From sequence record PP942979.1: DNA of 64,000 nucleotides; one strand, written 5' to 3'. Made by a program: the position numbers and the translations under genes. The notes beneath the pieces were generated by a model. The model saw nothing but the letters and a program-made list of their open reading frames with translations, searched no databases and was not told where the DNA came from. Shown here in pieces: positions 62,589 to 64,000 of this stretch (its first letter is position 1; the number at the start of each line of letters is the position of its first letter).

Positions 62589-63614
62589 TTATTCCTCCAA
62601 GACACCACTAATTTCCGCAAACATGTTCTTGTAGACCAAAGAACCATCCAGCTTGTCTAGGCGTTCAGGAAGAACGTATAGCTTAGGTGAAGTACGCATG
62701 TTCACCCAAGTTTTCTCATTACGATCAAGTCCACCAAGTATCGGAACAATGACCATACTGAGGTTTCTATTCGCTCTAACAAAGCCAATGTCAATATGCT
62801 TCCTGTTAATGCTTATGAACAGCTTGTTGATTGCGTCCAAACCAACAGGCCTATTGAATTCCGTATCGCTAACTGTATTGACCAAGCTAATGAGAATACC
62901 CCTGTCTCTGCTTTCTATATCAAACAAATCAGACTTCAAATCAGCAACGGTCGATGCGGAGAAGTAGGAGACGTCATGCCCATAGTCTTTGAGACAAGCA
63001 CCAAGCGCACGGGCTGATTCAATATGTGCTATGTTGTCGTCTCGCAGAATGTAAACTGGAGCGTCGGCCTGATACGTTCTCTGAGTCATTAGGTTGATAA
63101 GATCGCAAGAGGGCTTGCCAACAGCGGCCAAGCCCTTATTCGCAATGTAAAACTTGTCGCGGTACACATCGTACACGTTTGGTGGCATGTACTTCATGTA
63201 ATCGTCGTCCAGACTAAGTATCATGCGAGGCTTAGTGAGCTGAACGACGAGTTGCATACTACGAAGCGAGGCTCTGTATTCCGTGTCAGACAGCACACGA
63301 CTTATAGGAAGATACTGCACAACCACGAATCGGTCATCAATAGAATCGACAACCGACCGTATTAACGTACTGCCTAGCGTTGGCCCAGCAGAGAATTGGG
63401 TAACGATCATTAAGCCGTTTTCAACTAAGCCTTTCGACTCAGATAGCGTCATGCCGTTACCCGTCTGCTTTACCGCGCGCTCCCACGTTATTGAGGGTTC
63501 GTCTCGCTGATCGGCATGTACATTAACTGCGCCACCCCAGAGACAGGCTCCAAGAAGGTAAGCAGCAACACGTTGTCTGGATCGGCTTCTGCTGGATTGA
63601 CCGTGTCCGGCCAT
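62589..63614 (-). CDS. secreted protein with a periplasmic-binding-protein-like (ABC substrate-binding / sensor) fold
   Basis: GAGGAG RBS; Sec-like signal RSRQRVAAYLLGACLWGGAVNVHA; KPRMILSLDDD and ILISLV patterns; fold call is tentative. Confidence 0.55.
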   Translation of the reverse strand: MAGHGQSSRSRSRQRVAAYLLGACLWGGAVNVHADQRDEPSITWERAVKQTGNGMTLSESKGLVENGLMIVTQFSAGPTLGSTLIRSVVDSIDDRFVVVQYLPISRVLSDTEYRASLRSMQLVVQLTKPRMILSLDDDYMKYMPPNVYDVYRDKFYIANKGLAAVGKPSCDLINLMTQRTYQADAPVYILRDDNIAHIESARALGACLKDYGHDVSYFSASTVADLKSDLFDIESRDRGILISLVNTVSDTEFNRPVGLDAINKLFISINRKHIDIGFVRANRNLSMVIVPILGGLDRNEKTWVNMRTSPKLYVLPERLDKLDGSLVYKNMFAEISGVLEE

Positions 63615-64000
63615 AGCACTTCTCCTCTCTCGTCAGTGACGTAAGGAATGCCGGAGCCCTTGCCCAATCCATGACGCAAAGCCCATACGGTGTCGGCATT
63701 CTCCTGCACGAACACTAACCCTTTAACTGTTGCTTCATCTGTAGCCTGTTCCAGAATCTCAACACGCGCACTAAGAAGCTGAGTGTCAGACTGGATGGTA
63801 CGAATCGCAGCAAGGTTAGAGTTAACGCGCTGGTTCATGTTGTTAAACATGGTGAAGAACGAGTTGTTCATCGAAGTGCGAACGCCGTCCGTATAGGACT
63901 TAGGAATCAGTTCATCGTTGTCGTAGACGGTGACGCCTGAGCGCACGAGAACTTTACCGGTAAGACGTCCACCACTTGCGCTGATAATCTGAGGCGCAGG
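63488..64000 (-). CDS. virion protein fragment with a C-terminal family B domain (5'-truncated by the window edge)
   Basis: Frame open to the window end; LIPKSYTD neck motif, coiled coil, WALRHGLG..LWPDTV..LTFLEPVSG. Confidence 0.7.
   Translation of the reverse strand, partial: PAPQIISASGGRLTGKVLVRSGVTVYDNDELIPKSYTDGVRTSMNNSFFTMFNNMNQRVNSNLAAIRTIQSDTQLLSARVEILEQATDEATVKGLVFVQENADTVWALRHGLGKGSGIPYVTDERGEVLWPDTVNPAEADPDNVLLLTFLEPVSGVAQLMYMPISETNPQ

Noticed and set aside
1-64000. CRISPR arrays, tRNAs, rRNAs, integrase or transposase
   Set aside because: No regularly spaced direct repeats, cloverleaf structures or recombinase motifs were found by eye; tRNAscan and CRISPR finders would be needed to confirm absence.

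Overview
This window is part of a large lytic dsDNA phage genome, most likely a jumbo myovirus of an enterobacterial-type host. It is about 50% GC and densely coding, and I found no tRNA, rRNA or CRISPR array. From 1 to 42.9 kb all credible genes are on the + strand. They include a DnaB-like helicase (5'-truncated), an intein-containing terminase, a probable portal, a 5'-3' exonuclease, a macro-domain protein, Dam, dCMP deaminase, thymidylate synthase, MazG-like proteins, a RelA/SpoT-type HD hydrolase and many small accessory ORFs. From 42.9 to 64 kb all genes are on the - strand: lysis genes, a tandem array of about 16 paralogous virion or fibre-like proteins, and membrane or secreted proteins. 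The strongest signal is a dispersed candidate DNA hypermodification pathway with three parts: a CmoA-like carboxy-SAM synthase (12634-13404), a glutaminase-less asparagine-synthetase-like amide ligase (13450-14316), and a C5-cytosine methyltransferase (29068-31197). In that methyltransferase the motif X Asn is replaced by Arg, the kind of change known to switch C5 MTases to carboxy-SAM, and an intein sits exactly at the catalytic Cys. Other highlights are a free-standing copy of the ribonucleotide reductase C-terminal redox tail, a recurring AATCTGTAAA promoter-like motif, a frameshifted Toprim gene, an Acb2/Tad1-like hairpin protein and an atypical spanin pair. All family assignments come from motif recognition by eye; no database searches were run.
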